A DNA stretch of 64,000 nucleotides, from contig CAVWIP010000002.1 of assembly GCA_963755125.1 (NCBI GenBank), positions 96,001-160,000 on the forward strand, given 5' to 3'. Below, piece by piece: positions 55,766 to 64,000 of this stretch (positions are counted from its first letter, which is position 1; every line of letters starts with the position of its first letter). A program made the translations under genes and the position numbers. This stretch comes from an uncultured delta proteobacterium. GTDB taxonomy: Bacteria > Myxococcota_A > Polyangia > Fen-1088. Under the pieces are notes generated by a model. That model was given only the letters and a program-made list of their open reading frames with translations. It made no database searches and had not been told where the DNA came from.

Positions 55766-56389
55766 CGTCCCGCCGTCGGGGAGACGGCTGGGCGAGGGGG
55801 CCGAACCAGCAGAACGAGCGCGGTTCTGCGCACTGGGCGCGGGCAAACCCTCCCTCGCCGACCCCTCTCGGGGAGAGGCTCGGAATTGGCCTCTCGACGC
55901 TCCTCGCTGACGCTTAGAAGTGGGTGAGTCTTGCCACCGGTCGAGCCTTCAGTAACGGATTGTCCGATAGTGTCCGCCCACTAGCCCCCTACGCCCGTCG
56001 TCCGGAAGACCCCTGACTTTCACCACGCGAGGTGACTCTATTGGCAAGTATTCATTCCATGGACGCAGGAAGAGGGCCGGCAACTACCCACGAGGCAGTC
56101 TGTCGGAGAGAGACTCGGATCGCACGCCTGAGCGCCCCAATTGTATGGCCCGTTCTGGCATAGGCCGTAGTTTGAAGTGCAGATTGAGAGTGCCGAGGGC
56201 GAGCCAGACCCATCGCAGGATATTCCGCTTAGACAGCAGTACTGCCCTGCGGGGCAATCTGCTTTGCTGGCGCAGGCAAGGTAACTATAGCGCGTCCGCG
56301 AGGGTTTGGCGTTTCAACTGCCTCGCGGGCTGCAGTCGAGCAAGCGAAGCCGTACCATGGCATGGCTCGCAGCCGCACGTTGCCCAGCG

Positions 56390-56569
56390 CACAGGCCCGA
56401 CAACTACGTTGCCCTGCACGCGGACGCGAAAGCGCGCTTGCGCTACCTTCTGGCTTTGCTGGCCAAGGAGATCGCCCAGCGCACCCATGGCGTGCCCGGC
56501 AGTGAGGCGGCCCTGGAGAGCCTGGTCGAGATCCTCGCCCACGCCGAACGCAACCTGCGCGGCGGGTGA
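56390..56569 (+). pseudogene. C-terminal gene fragment (probably the same disrupted gene as 55351-55765)
   Basis: NYVALHADAKARLRYLLALLAKEI...EILAHAERNLRGG* with host-like GC3 codon usage but no credible start. Confidence 0.35.
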
Positions 56570-56671
56570 GGCTCTGCGTAGGCAGTACTTCACGGGAGGG
56601 GAGACGCGTCTTCGTCCTCGGTCGAAATTCGTGCGAGGGCCGAACGCAACCTGGGCGGCGGTGTCAGAAAA

Positions 56672-58009
56672 TCACGGGGAGTGACAGTGGTTGACCTGGG
56701 TGGTACCAGCGTAACTCGGCGTCGTGAAAGAAATGCACGTCGCGCCCACCGGGCAATCGGCAACCGTGTAGCAGTACTTGATGCACGTGCCCCCAACACT
56801 GCAGTAGTACCCGGGTGTGCAATCGTCGTCCATCGCACAGGCCGAGCCGGTGGTTCCGGTGCCCGACTGTGATTCGCAGTCGGTGGCTCCAGGGAAGGAC
56901 GTGTCCACCGCGGTGCATCCGAATCCCGCAGGACAGGCCAGAAGCGGCGTTTGAGGATTTTGGGGATTAACGGGATCGCATACCCGGGCGCACACCGAAA
57001 CCCCCGCGATCGTGTTCACGGAGTCCCATGTGGTTTGGTCGCAAGACCGGGCCGTATCGACCGCCGGACAGTCAGAATCGGACTGACAGTAGGTCTTGCA
57101 GACGCCGCCGAAACAGCCGAAACCGCTGGCGCAGCCTTCTCCGTTGCAGGCGGCGCCTTGCCCCAACCCAGCAGTCGTTTCGCAGGTCAGACCCGTAGCT
57201 GGGGTGTCGGGATAGCAGACCTGTCCGGCCGGGCAGCCGCATGCTGGGAAGACATTGCAGGTGCCGCCAGCCGCAGGCGGCGGGCACGTCGTCACGGCCG
57301 AGTCAGGCACGCGCGAGTCCGGCACGGCGGTGTCCAGCACACGCAGGTCAGGCGCGGCGGTGTCTACCACGTGCAGGTCGGGCAGGGCCGAGTCAGGTAG
57401 GCGCGAGTCAGGCACGGCCAAGTCAAGCAGGGCCGAGTCGGGCGAGCGCGAGTCAGGCACGGCCGAGTCAAGCAGGGCCGAGTCCGGCACGCCCGTGTCC
57501 ACTCCGCCATCGCGTGGGCCGGTGCCGGTTGTTCCACCGGGTGTTCCGCCAGTTCCCGCGGCACCGCCGGTGCCAGTTGTTCCACCGGGCGTTCCGCCAG
57601 CTCCCGCGGCACCGCCGGTCGCCGTTGTCGCACCGGGTGTTCCGCCGGTTCCCGCGGCACCGCCGCTCCCGCCTGAATTGGGAAGGCAGTTGGGGCCGTT
57701 GCAGTCGGGGTGGTAGCCCGCAGAAACACAGACCTGATAATCAGGTGCCGCAGGCGTACCACAGTTGAAGACCGTGGAACACGCAACGGCACTGTCCCAG
57801 CAAGTGTCCGTCTTCTTACAGTAGAAGCCGACCTGCCCCTCGCATGCGCTGGGCATGGTGACACAGGTGTAGGCGCCGCCGGATCCATTGTCGCTGCAAA
57901 CAAAACCACTGGGGCAGTGGCCATCGTCGGAGCAGAGGGTCTTGCCGCTCTGGAAGTGCGGCTCGCAACCGACGAAGAACAGCAGAAGTACGAATACGCC
58001 TCGCTTCAT
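56672..58009 (-). CDS. Cys-rich lipoprotein with GGTPG and PDS/LDS pentapeptide repeats
   Basis: Lipobox FVGC; CSDDGHCPSGFVC; GGAAGTGGTPG repeats; VPDSA/LPDSA repeats; C-terminal Cys modules. Confidence 0.8.
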   Translation of the reverse strand: MKRGVFVLLLFFVGCEPHFQSGKTLCSDDGHCPSGFVCSDNGSGGAYTCVTMPSACEGQVGFYCKKTDTCWDSAVACSTVFNCGTPAAPDYQVCVSAGYHPDCNGPNCLPNSGGSGGAAGTGGTPGATTATGGAAGAGGTPGGTTGTGGAAGTGGTPGGTTGTGPRDGGVDTGVPDSALLDSAVPDSRSPDSALLDLAVPDSRLPDSALPDLHVVDTAAPDLRVLDTAVPDSRVPDSAVTTCPPPAAGGTCNVFPACGCPAGQVCYPDTPATGLTCETTAGLGQGAACNGEGCASGFGCFGGVCKTYCQSDSDCPAVDTARSCDQTTWDSVNTIAGVSVCARVCDPVNPQNPQTPLLACPAGFGCTAVDTSFPGATDCESQSGTGTTGSACAMDDDCTPGYYCSVGGTCIKYCYTVADCPVGATCISFTTPSYAGTTQVNHCHSP

Positions 58010-58024
58010 GGTCTCATCCCTGGG

Positions 58025-58957
58025 TTAGAAAGTCCCGCTCAGCGCGGCGCCTGCCATGCTGGGCCCCACGGAGGGGACAAGAACGGCCGAACTGGGCGTG
58101 TCCCTGCGCGTGACCAGGAGGATCACGGCAGTCACGACAGCCGCACCGCCCACACCGTAGCCGATCCATTGCACGGTCGCGAAGGTCTTGCCCTCGCTCT
58201 CCTTGCCCGAGTCGAACTTGTGCTCGACATCCGAGAAATCAGTCAAGGCGAGATAGCTGAAGACGCCGCCGGCGAGTAACGCTGCCACGCCCACCCCACC
58301 CACTGCCCAGGCCGCAAGCTTCCGACTGCTTCGATTGCCAGATTCCGCGGGCTGGGGCACTTGTGCCACGGTAGCGGCCGGGCCCAGCTCCGGCGGGGGC
58401 ATCGCTGGACCCGGCACGGTGTTGGCCGGCGCTTGCGACGTCGTGGCGGGCACGTCGACGTGGGTCGGCGAGATCGCTGGCGTCGCGGCCGGGACCGCTG
58501 CCGGCGCTGGTGGCGTGGCGGCGGCTGGGGCCGGAGTGGGCGCTGTGGGTGGCGAGGGCGGTGGCGGAAGCGCTGAACCGCGCTGGCGCAATTGGTCCAT
58601 TTCCGCGATCCAGCCTTCGACCTCGGCGCGATCCTCGGGCGAGATGTCCTTCTTCTTGTGCAGGTATTCGCGCAGGTTGGACAGGGCCGGTTCAGGACGG
58701 CGCAGATAATAGTAGCAGGCACCCATGTTGCGCACGAAAACCGGCATGTCTGGGTTGTCGACGCTCAGCTCTGCGAAAATCGCCGAGGCCGCTTCGTAGT
58801 TTCCCTGCTTGTAGAGCTGGGTTGCCTTCTTCGCGTCGGCCGTGCTCTTCTTGCTCATGCCCGCCGCGCCGGCCCCCGACTCCAGCCCCACGTGGGTAAC
58901 GATCAGCGCAAGCGAAACGATAAGCCCCGGAGAAACTCTGTTCAGTTTGGGTACCAT
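58025..58957 (-). CDS. TPR-containing secreted/membrane protein (myxobacterial type)
   Basis: GAGGA RBS; signal peptide; ATQLYKQGNYEAA..RNMGACYYYL TPR; Pro-rich linker; two C-terminal TM helices; ends LSGTF. Confidence 0.8.
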   Translation of the reverse strand: MVPKLNRVSPGLIVSLALIVTHVGLESGAGAAGMSKKSTADAKKATQLYKQGNYEAASAIFAELSVDNPDMPVFVRNMGACYYYLRRPEPALSNLREYLHKKKDISPEDRAEVEGWIAEMDQLRQRGSALPPPPSPPTAPTPAPAAATPPAPAAVPAATPAISPTHVDVPATTSQAPANTVPGPAMPPPELGPAATVAQVPQPAESGNRSSRKLAAWAVGGVGVAALLAGGVFSYLALTDFSDVEHKFDSGKESEGKTFATVQWIGYGVGGAAVVTAVILLVTRRDTPSSAVLVPSVGPSMAGAALSGTF

Positions 58958-59181
58958 GCGTCTTCCTCGCATCGCAGCCGATAGTACGCCGCCCGCGGAA
59001 TTCCGCACGACTTTTGTCTTTGGGCCCCGGTTGCGGCAATTGGGCATGCGGCTAGATCGGACAGCCCTCCGCGGCTGAGAACGAGGAAGAGAGAGGGGAA
59101 AGCGCGAGCGGTCTCAGCCAGGTGCGTGTGCTACGATTCATGTGCAGTTCCCCAGCGATGCAGTGGTAAGAACCCGCGACG

Positions 59182-60225
59182 ATGTCTGGTTTGAGATTCA
59201 TCAGAAAGTCGGAGGAAATCCCGGTGGCCGGTGGTCCGCGGTCGCGCGTGGCTGCTTATGACCTTGGGTCCAACTCGTTCCATTTGCTGGTGGCCGAGGC
59301 GGATGGTCAGGGCGGCTTGCTGTTGATCGAACAGGCGCAGGAGATGGTGCGTCTGGGCGCGGATTCACTGCGCGACGGGGTCATTCCCGAGGCCAGCTTC
59401 GCGCGGGGCCTGGAGGCTTTGCGCAGGCTGCGCGGCCTGGCTGATCAGCACCGGCCCGAGAGCACGGTGGCGGTCGCCACCAGCGCCATCCGCGAGGCGC
59501 GCAACGGTGCCGAGTTCGTCAGCGCCGTCCAGCGCGAGGTGGGACTCACTGTCGAGGTGCTCGATCCGGTCAAGGAGGCCACGCTCATCTACTGGGGTGC
59601 TCGGCAGGCGCTGGACCTGGACAAGCACAAGGTTGCGCTTTTCGATGTGGGCGGCGGCTCGATCAAGGGGCTGGTGGGCGACGCCAAGGAGTGCCTGTTC
59701 GCCACGTCCATGCCGATGGGCGTGTTGCGCCTGCGCGACGAGTGCAAGTTTTCCGGCAAGATGTCCCGCGCCGACCTGCTCACGGCCGAGACACGCGTGC
59801 GGGCGCTGGTGCAGCCGGCGATCCGGCAGATGCAGAAAGTCGGCTTCGACTTCGTCACCTTCACCTCGGGCACGGCGCTGTCGCTGGCCCGGCTGGCCAA
59901 GGGGAGCGCCGGCAAGGTCGCGCCGGTCGCGGGCAAGGCCGGGGAAGGACTGGGCCGTCACCTCGCGTTGTCGCTTGACGATCTGAAGACACTCGAGCAG
60001 CGCCTGGCCGAGGCCAGCGTGCAGGAGCGTGCGGCCATCCCGGGAATCAGCGCCTTGCGCGCGGACACGCTCCTGCCCGGCACGGTCGTGCTGCGAACCT
60101 TGCTGGAGTTGACCGGCTGTCCCGGCGCCCTGGTGTGCGAGAGCGCCCTCAAGGAAGGTTTGGTGGTGAACTACTTCGCCCACCGAGATGCGGGCCTAGC
60201 CGCCGATCTGCCGGAAGAGATCTGA
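59182..60225 (+). CDS. Ppx/GppA phosphatase family protein
   Basis: DLGSNSFHL, VRLG, ATSAIREARN, DVGGGS, LKEG. Confidence 0.9.
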   Translation: MSGLRFIRKSEEIPVAGGPRSRVAAYDLGSNSFHLLVAEADGQGGLLLIEQAQEMVRLGADSLRDGVIPEASFARGLEALRRLRGLADQHRPESTVAVATSAIREARNGAEFVSAVQREVGLTVEVLDPVKEATLIYWGARQALDLDKHKVALFDVGGGSIKGLVGDAKECLFATSMPMGVLRLRDECKFSGKMSRADLLTAETRVRALVQPAIRQMQKVGFDFVTFTSGTALSLARLAKGSAGKVAPVAGKAGEGLGRHLALSLDDLKTLEQRLAEASVQERAAIPGISALRADTLLPGTVVLRTLLELTGCPGALVCESALKEGLVVNYFAHRDAGLAADLPEEI

Positions 60226-60954
60226 TCAAGGCTTCGGCATCTTGAATCGGCTGGCGGGGATCTTCTCGTCGAATACCAGGCTGGTGATGCGGCCCTCGAC
60301 CGTGGTGGGGCCTGCGGTCATCTTCTCCAGGTACCAGGTCTTGATGCCCTTCACCGCGCGCCAGTCACCGAACACGAGCTTGTACGGGATGTCGCCGCCA
60401 GGAGAGGGCTGCGCACCGGTCTGCAAGACGCGCAGGTGCGTTTTCGCGTCGAAGCACAACACGGAAGGCTTGCCTCGCTTTTTCCGCAACTCCACGCATT
60501 CGAGATCGGCACCAGTCTCTGTCCGCACTTCCTGGGGTGGCGGCACGGAACTGACACTAAGGTAGAGGCTCGCCAGATCGGCCTCGGCGTTCCAGGCCCC
60601 ATTGATGCGGGCTTCTTCTTGCTCGGCGCCGTCGAGTATCCGGAGCCCGAAGACCGGATCCTGCGACCACGTTGCGTGGCCATCCGCGCCTTGGCGAAAA
60701 GTGCCAACGTCGCGCAGGGTGGACACACTCAGGTTCTTTCCGTCGGCAGTGGCCCAGTGCTCTTCGCTGCCGCTGGCGCCCTGGCCGGCCACGGTCAGGG
60801 CGCGCTTGATATGCACGCTGCGCAGCCGTTTCCATGCCGCCCGCCCACCGATGGCGTTGGCGTAGTCGGCCAGAATGGCCTGGGCCGGCCGGAGATGTGC
60901 CGCGCTTTCGGCCGGGGCTGCAGCCAACAGGGACAGGAGAACTGCGATGGTCAC
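60226..60954 (-). CDS. Secreted hypothetical protein (LolA-like/DUF620-like fold possible)
   Basis: Signal peptide; AIGGRAAW, FGDWRAVKGIK, F.MP C-terminus; overlaps the S41 peptidase stop. Confidence 0.6.
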   Translation of the reverse strand: MTIAVLLSLLAAAPAESAAHLRPAQAILADYANAIGGRAAWKRLRSVHIKRALTVAGQGASGSEEHWATADGKNLSVSTLRDVGTFRQGADGHATWSQDPVFGLRILDGAEQEEARINGAWNAEADLASLYLSVSSVPPPQEVRTETGADLECVELRKKRGKPSVLCFDAKTHLRVLQTGAQPSPGGDIPYKLVFGDWRAVKGIKTWYLEKMTAGPTTVEGRITSLVFDEKIPASRFKMPKP

Positions 60955-62399
60955 GGATGCGATGCTTTGGCCATGTCGAGGCCGGCGTCAAGTACGACGT
61001 CGTGGCCGGCCAAGAATCCCGCGCGGGTCTCGAACACCCGGCGGTCGGGCTGCACCCCGCGACCCTCGATGGACGCGCCCTTGGGCGTCTTGAAATCAGC
61101 CACCGGGATTTGCACCACAGCGCCACCCGGCAATTCCTCGATGATGGAGCCCAAGGCCGCGCCTGCGGTCGTGTCCCCGACCACCAGGGCGCGCTTCGCT
61201 TCTTGCAGCCCGGCAGTGAATATTTCGGAGGTCGAGGCGGTGCCCTCGTCGGTGAGGATGACCACCCGGCCGGCAAATGGTTTGATGCCCAGCGAGGCGG
61301 TGGTGGCCAAGGTGTTGGAGAAGTCACGATACACGATGGTCCCCAAAGTCAGCGGCGCGGTGCTGAGACGCGTGGCCAGAGGAATGACCATGGCGCCGAT
61401 GCCGCCCGGATTCCCGCGCAGGTCGATGATGATGGACCTGGCCCCCCGAGCCCGGAACCCGTCGATGGCTTTCTGCACTTCGCCGAGCACGGGCTGCAGC
61501 AGAAACACGTTGAAAGACACGATGCCGACCTCGCCGACCTGCCGGCTTGCGACTTGGGGGACCACGGGCGACATGTTGAGCACCTGGATGGCCCGCGCTG
61601 CAGGAGGATCGCGTTCCAGCATGACCTCGATGGGCCGATCGTTTTCGTCGAGACAGCGCAAACTCACGCGGCTGCCCACCAGTCCGGCCAGACGACGTGC
61701 CGCCAGTTGGCGCAGGCGGAATCGTTCTTCCACGGGTCGCAGCGCCCGGCCCGAGGCCGGCAGGGAATCGAGGGCACGGCCACCGATGTGGGTGACCAGG
61801 AACCCGGGCCGCAAGCCGGCGCCCGCGGCCGAGGAGCCGGGGCGCACGCGCGTGATGGTTGGCTTGCCTTCGATGATGCGCACGAGCAGCCCGGGATCGC
61901 CATAGTCGTCGCCAGCTTCGCGGATGGCGTCGGCGGCAGCGGTTCTGGTCTGCGGCGCCGAGATTTCGTCGGGTGGGGCTGCCGGTTCCTCGCCGGGGCC
62001 GTGCACCTGCAAGTGCGATTGCCCGAGCAGCCCGAGCATCTCGTTGAGCAGACGGTAGAAGGTCGGCTCGTCAGGCGCGGCCAACGCAAGGGGCTCGTAC
62101 TTCGTGCGCAGGCCGTCCCAGTCCAGACCGCCCAGTGTCTTGTCGAAGTGCTTATCGCGCACGGCAGTCCAGGCGCCGTCGAAGATCGCCTGCCGGATCT
62201 GGTTACCCGCCGAGCCGGGATGCCAGGGGCGGATTGCCGAGCCGCCGTCAGTCCCCAGCGGGACAAAAGCAGGCGGCTGGGTGGCGGCGGGCGCATCCGG
62301 TCCGGGCGTGGGGGCCGGAGCCTGCGGGGCCGGCGCGTGGCCCGCGCAGGCGGACAGGAATAGCGTGAGAAAAAGAGCGATGTGGCGATGGAAGGTCAA
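60951..62399 (-). CDS. S41 family C-terminal processing peptidase lipoprotein with PDZ domain
   Basis: Lipobox LSAC; IIDLRGNPGG, TASTSEIF, VGDTTAG, IEGRGVQPD; start near 62399-62402. Confidence 0.9.
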   Translation of the reverse strand: MTFHRHIALFLTLFLSACAGHAPAPQAPAPTPGPDAPAATQPPAFVPLGTDGGSAIRPWHPGSAGNQIRQAIFDGAWTAVRDKHFDKTLGGLDWDGLRTKYEPLALAAPDEPTFYRLLNEMLGLLGQSHLQVHGPGEEPAAPPDEISAPQTRTAAADAIREAGDDYGDPGLLVRIIEGKPTITRVRPGSSAAGAGLRPGFLVTHIGGRALDSLPASGRALRPVEERFRLRQLAARRLAGLVGSRVSLRCLDENDRPIEVMLERDPPAARAIQVLNMSPVVPQVASRQVGEVGIVSFNVFLLQPVLGEVQKAIDGFRARGARSIIIDLRGNPGGIGAMVIPLATRLSTAPLTLGTIVYRDFSNTLATTASLGIKPFAGRVVILTDEGTASTSEIFTAGLQEAKRALVVGDTTAGAALGSIIEELPGGAVVQIPVADFKTPKGASIEGRGVQPDRRVFETRAGFLAGHDVVLDAGLDMAKASHP

Positions 62400-62459
62400 C
62401 ACGTTTTCCAGTCTAGCTCTGCTCCCGTATAGAATCCCCTTCCTTCGGATGCACTTGCC

Positions 62460-64000
62460 GTGATCCCCCACCGCATATTTCCCCGATTGGGGTGGCCTGC
62501 CCTGGCGGCCCTGGTCGCGGCTTTGCCCTACGCGGGGCTCGCGCTGGGATGGAGCGCGCTGTACCACGACGACAGCCTGCGCTTCGATGTGCCCATGACA
62601 AGCCTGATCAACGAGGCGCTGTGCAGGGGTCGTTTGCCGCTGTGGAACCCCTACGTGGGCGTCGGCACTCCGTTGATCATCGACGTCAGCGCGCTGCCGG
62701 TCTACCCCGCCCGGATTCTTGGTTGCGGGTTACCGGCGGGACAAGCATTGGGCCTGCTCTTGCTGATCCAGCTAGGGGTGCTTGCGGCTGGAGCAACGGC
62801 CCTGCTGCGCGATCTGGGTGTGCTGCCCGCGCTGGCAGCCGCGGCCGGGGCTGCGCTGGCCCTGGCCGGACCTGCGCCGTCGTGGCTGACCAGCCCGGCC
62901 TACCTGACCTCGCTGTCGTTCTTCCCCTGGACGCTGCTATTTGCCCGGCGTCTCGCTTCCGGCCAAAGGCTGGCACCCATCGGACTGGGCGCAAGCGTTG
63001 GTCTGGCGACGCTGGGAGGCGACGTGCCGGGTACGCTTTTTGCCACGGCAGTGGGGCTGCTGGTGTGGTGGGGGGCATGTCGGGCCCGTCGGCGCGCGCG
63101 GGCGTCGGCGGACGCTTCCTGGCGTTGCGACCTCTTGCGGCTCGCCTGTGCCGGCGGCCTCGCCCTGCTCATCGGCTCGGGAAGCTGGGTGCCGCTTCTT
63201 TGGTTTCTGCAGAGGTCGGTTCGCGGCGGCGGCATTTCTCCCATGGAAGCCGGGCAATGGTCGCTTTCTCCGGTGGACCTGATCGGGCTCTTGCTTCCGA
63301 ATCCACGCGGCCTGCCACTGCCCGAGTTCACTTTCTGGCAGTTTCGCACGCTGGGCAGTGAACGGCTTTTCGTGCACAGTCTTTACGTGGGAGCCACGCT
63401 GGCGGGCTTCGGGTTGTGGGGATTCTGGCGTGAGCGAAGGGATGTTTTCGTGCGCTGGGCGGCTCTGGCGGCGTTGCTGCTGGTGATTCTGGCGACTGGG
63501 GCCGAGACACCCTTGTGGACGGTGACGCATGGGATTTTCACCTACTTCCGCTATCCATCGAAGCTGGCACCCTACGCGGTCATTCTTCTCGGTGTGGTGG
63601 GTGCGCTGAGCCTGTCGCATTCCCTCGGTGATGGGCGACGGCTGGCCCAGGTGGCGGGCGCTGTGGCGGCATTCTGCACACTCGGCGCCCTGCTTGGGCC
63701 ATCGGTTCAGGCACACTTCGCGCGTGGCGCGGGCGCGCCCGACGATGTCGTGCGACGGGCGGGCGAAGCCCTGAGACTCGACGGGGCGCGCGCTGCCGCG
63801 GTTGCGGCGGCGGTGCTGGTGCTGTGGTGGCTGGCGCGAAGACGGCGCGTCGGCGGTCGTGCCTTGCCAGTGCTGCTCGGCGGCTTGCTCGTGCTTGACT
63901 CCTTGCTGGCTGGATTGGACTTGCACTGGACCGCCCCTCCGGCCGCGCTATCCCGGCCTGCGTGGGCACCGGAAGTGTCGCCCTGGGGACCGCGTGTTCT
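62460..64000 (+). CDS. YfhO-like polytopic membrane protein (GT-C-type glycosyltransferase-like), runs off window end
   Basis: Not in the ORF track; hand translation from GTG 62460: ...YHDDSLRFDVP...GRLPLWNPYVGVGTPL...SLYVG...FRYPSK; many TM helices. Confidence 0.75.
   Translation, partial: MIPHRIFPRLGWPALAALVAALPYAGLALGWSALYHDDSLRFDVPMTSLINEALCRGRLPLWNPYVGVGTPLIIDVSALPVYPARILGCGLPAGQALGLLLLIQLGVLAAGATALLRDLGVLPALAAAAGAALALAGPAPSWLTSPAYLTSLSFFPWTLLFARRLASGQRLAPIGLGASVGLATLGGDVPGTLFATAVGLLVWWGACRARRRARASADASWRCDLLRLACAGGLALLIGSGSWVPLLWFLQRSVRGGGISPMEAGQWSLSPVDLIGLLLPNPRGLPLPEFTFWQFRTLGSERLFVHSLYVGATLAGFGLWGFWRERRDVFVRWAALAALLLVILATGAETPLWTVTHGIFTYFRYPSKLAPYAVILLGVVGALSLSHSLGDGRRLAQVAGAVAAFCTLGALLGPSVQAHFARGAGAPDDVVRRAGEALRLDGARAAAVAAAVLVLWWLARRRRVGGRALPVLLGGLLVLDSLLAGLDLHWTAPPAALSRPAWAPEVSPWGPRV

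Noticed and set aside
51844..56661. CRISPR array from the 38-bp repeats
   Set aside because: Only 2-3 copies, irregular spacing (4.7 kb and ~0.1 kb), the repeat is a coding gene end, and there are no cas genes.
53527..56933. Diversity-generating retroelement (template/variable repeat pair at a gene 3' end)
   Set aside because: Mismatches are not adenine-specific on either strand, there is an 83-bp deletion, and no reverse transcriptase is in the window.

Overview
GC-rich bacterial chromosome segment, most likely Myxococcota (Polyangia-like). This is inferred from a TIGR02266-type PilZ protein, Cys-rich lipoproteins with Gly/Thr linkers and AgmX-like and TPR proteins. It carries about 50 genes: a split [NiFe]-hydrogenase maturation set (hypABF at 3.4-6.8 kb, hypCDE at 40.8-43.3 kb), a surface-polysaccharide operon (2 GT4, AsnB-like amidotransferase, flippase, deacetylase) preceded by an ops-like motif, a lipoprotein + two tandem porins + DUF4861 cluster, a hybrid histidine kinase, alpha-2-macroglobulin/pbpC, several peptidases, a tiny tetraheme cytochrome c, and an IS3 element in a decayed duplicated region. 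The best candidate for an undescribed system is at 24.1-28.3 kb: a membrane-anchored, lipobox-containing protein ending in a YKGV motif, followed by two PlpX/splicease-like radical SAM-SPASM enzymes and a sulfatase-like hydrolase. A second notable signal is a palindromic ~84 bp element inserted in frame inside hypB. No rRNA, tRNA or CRISPR array was recognised. All family calls come from motif recognition by eye; no database searches were run.
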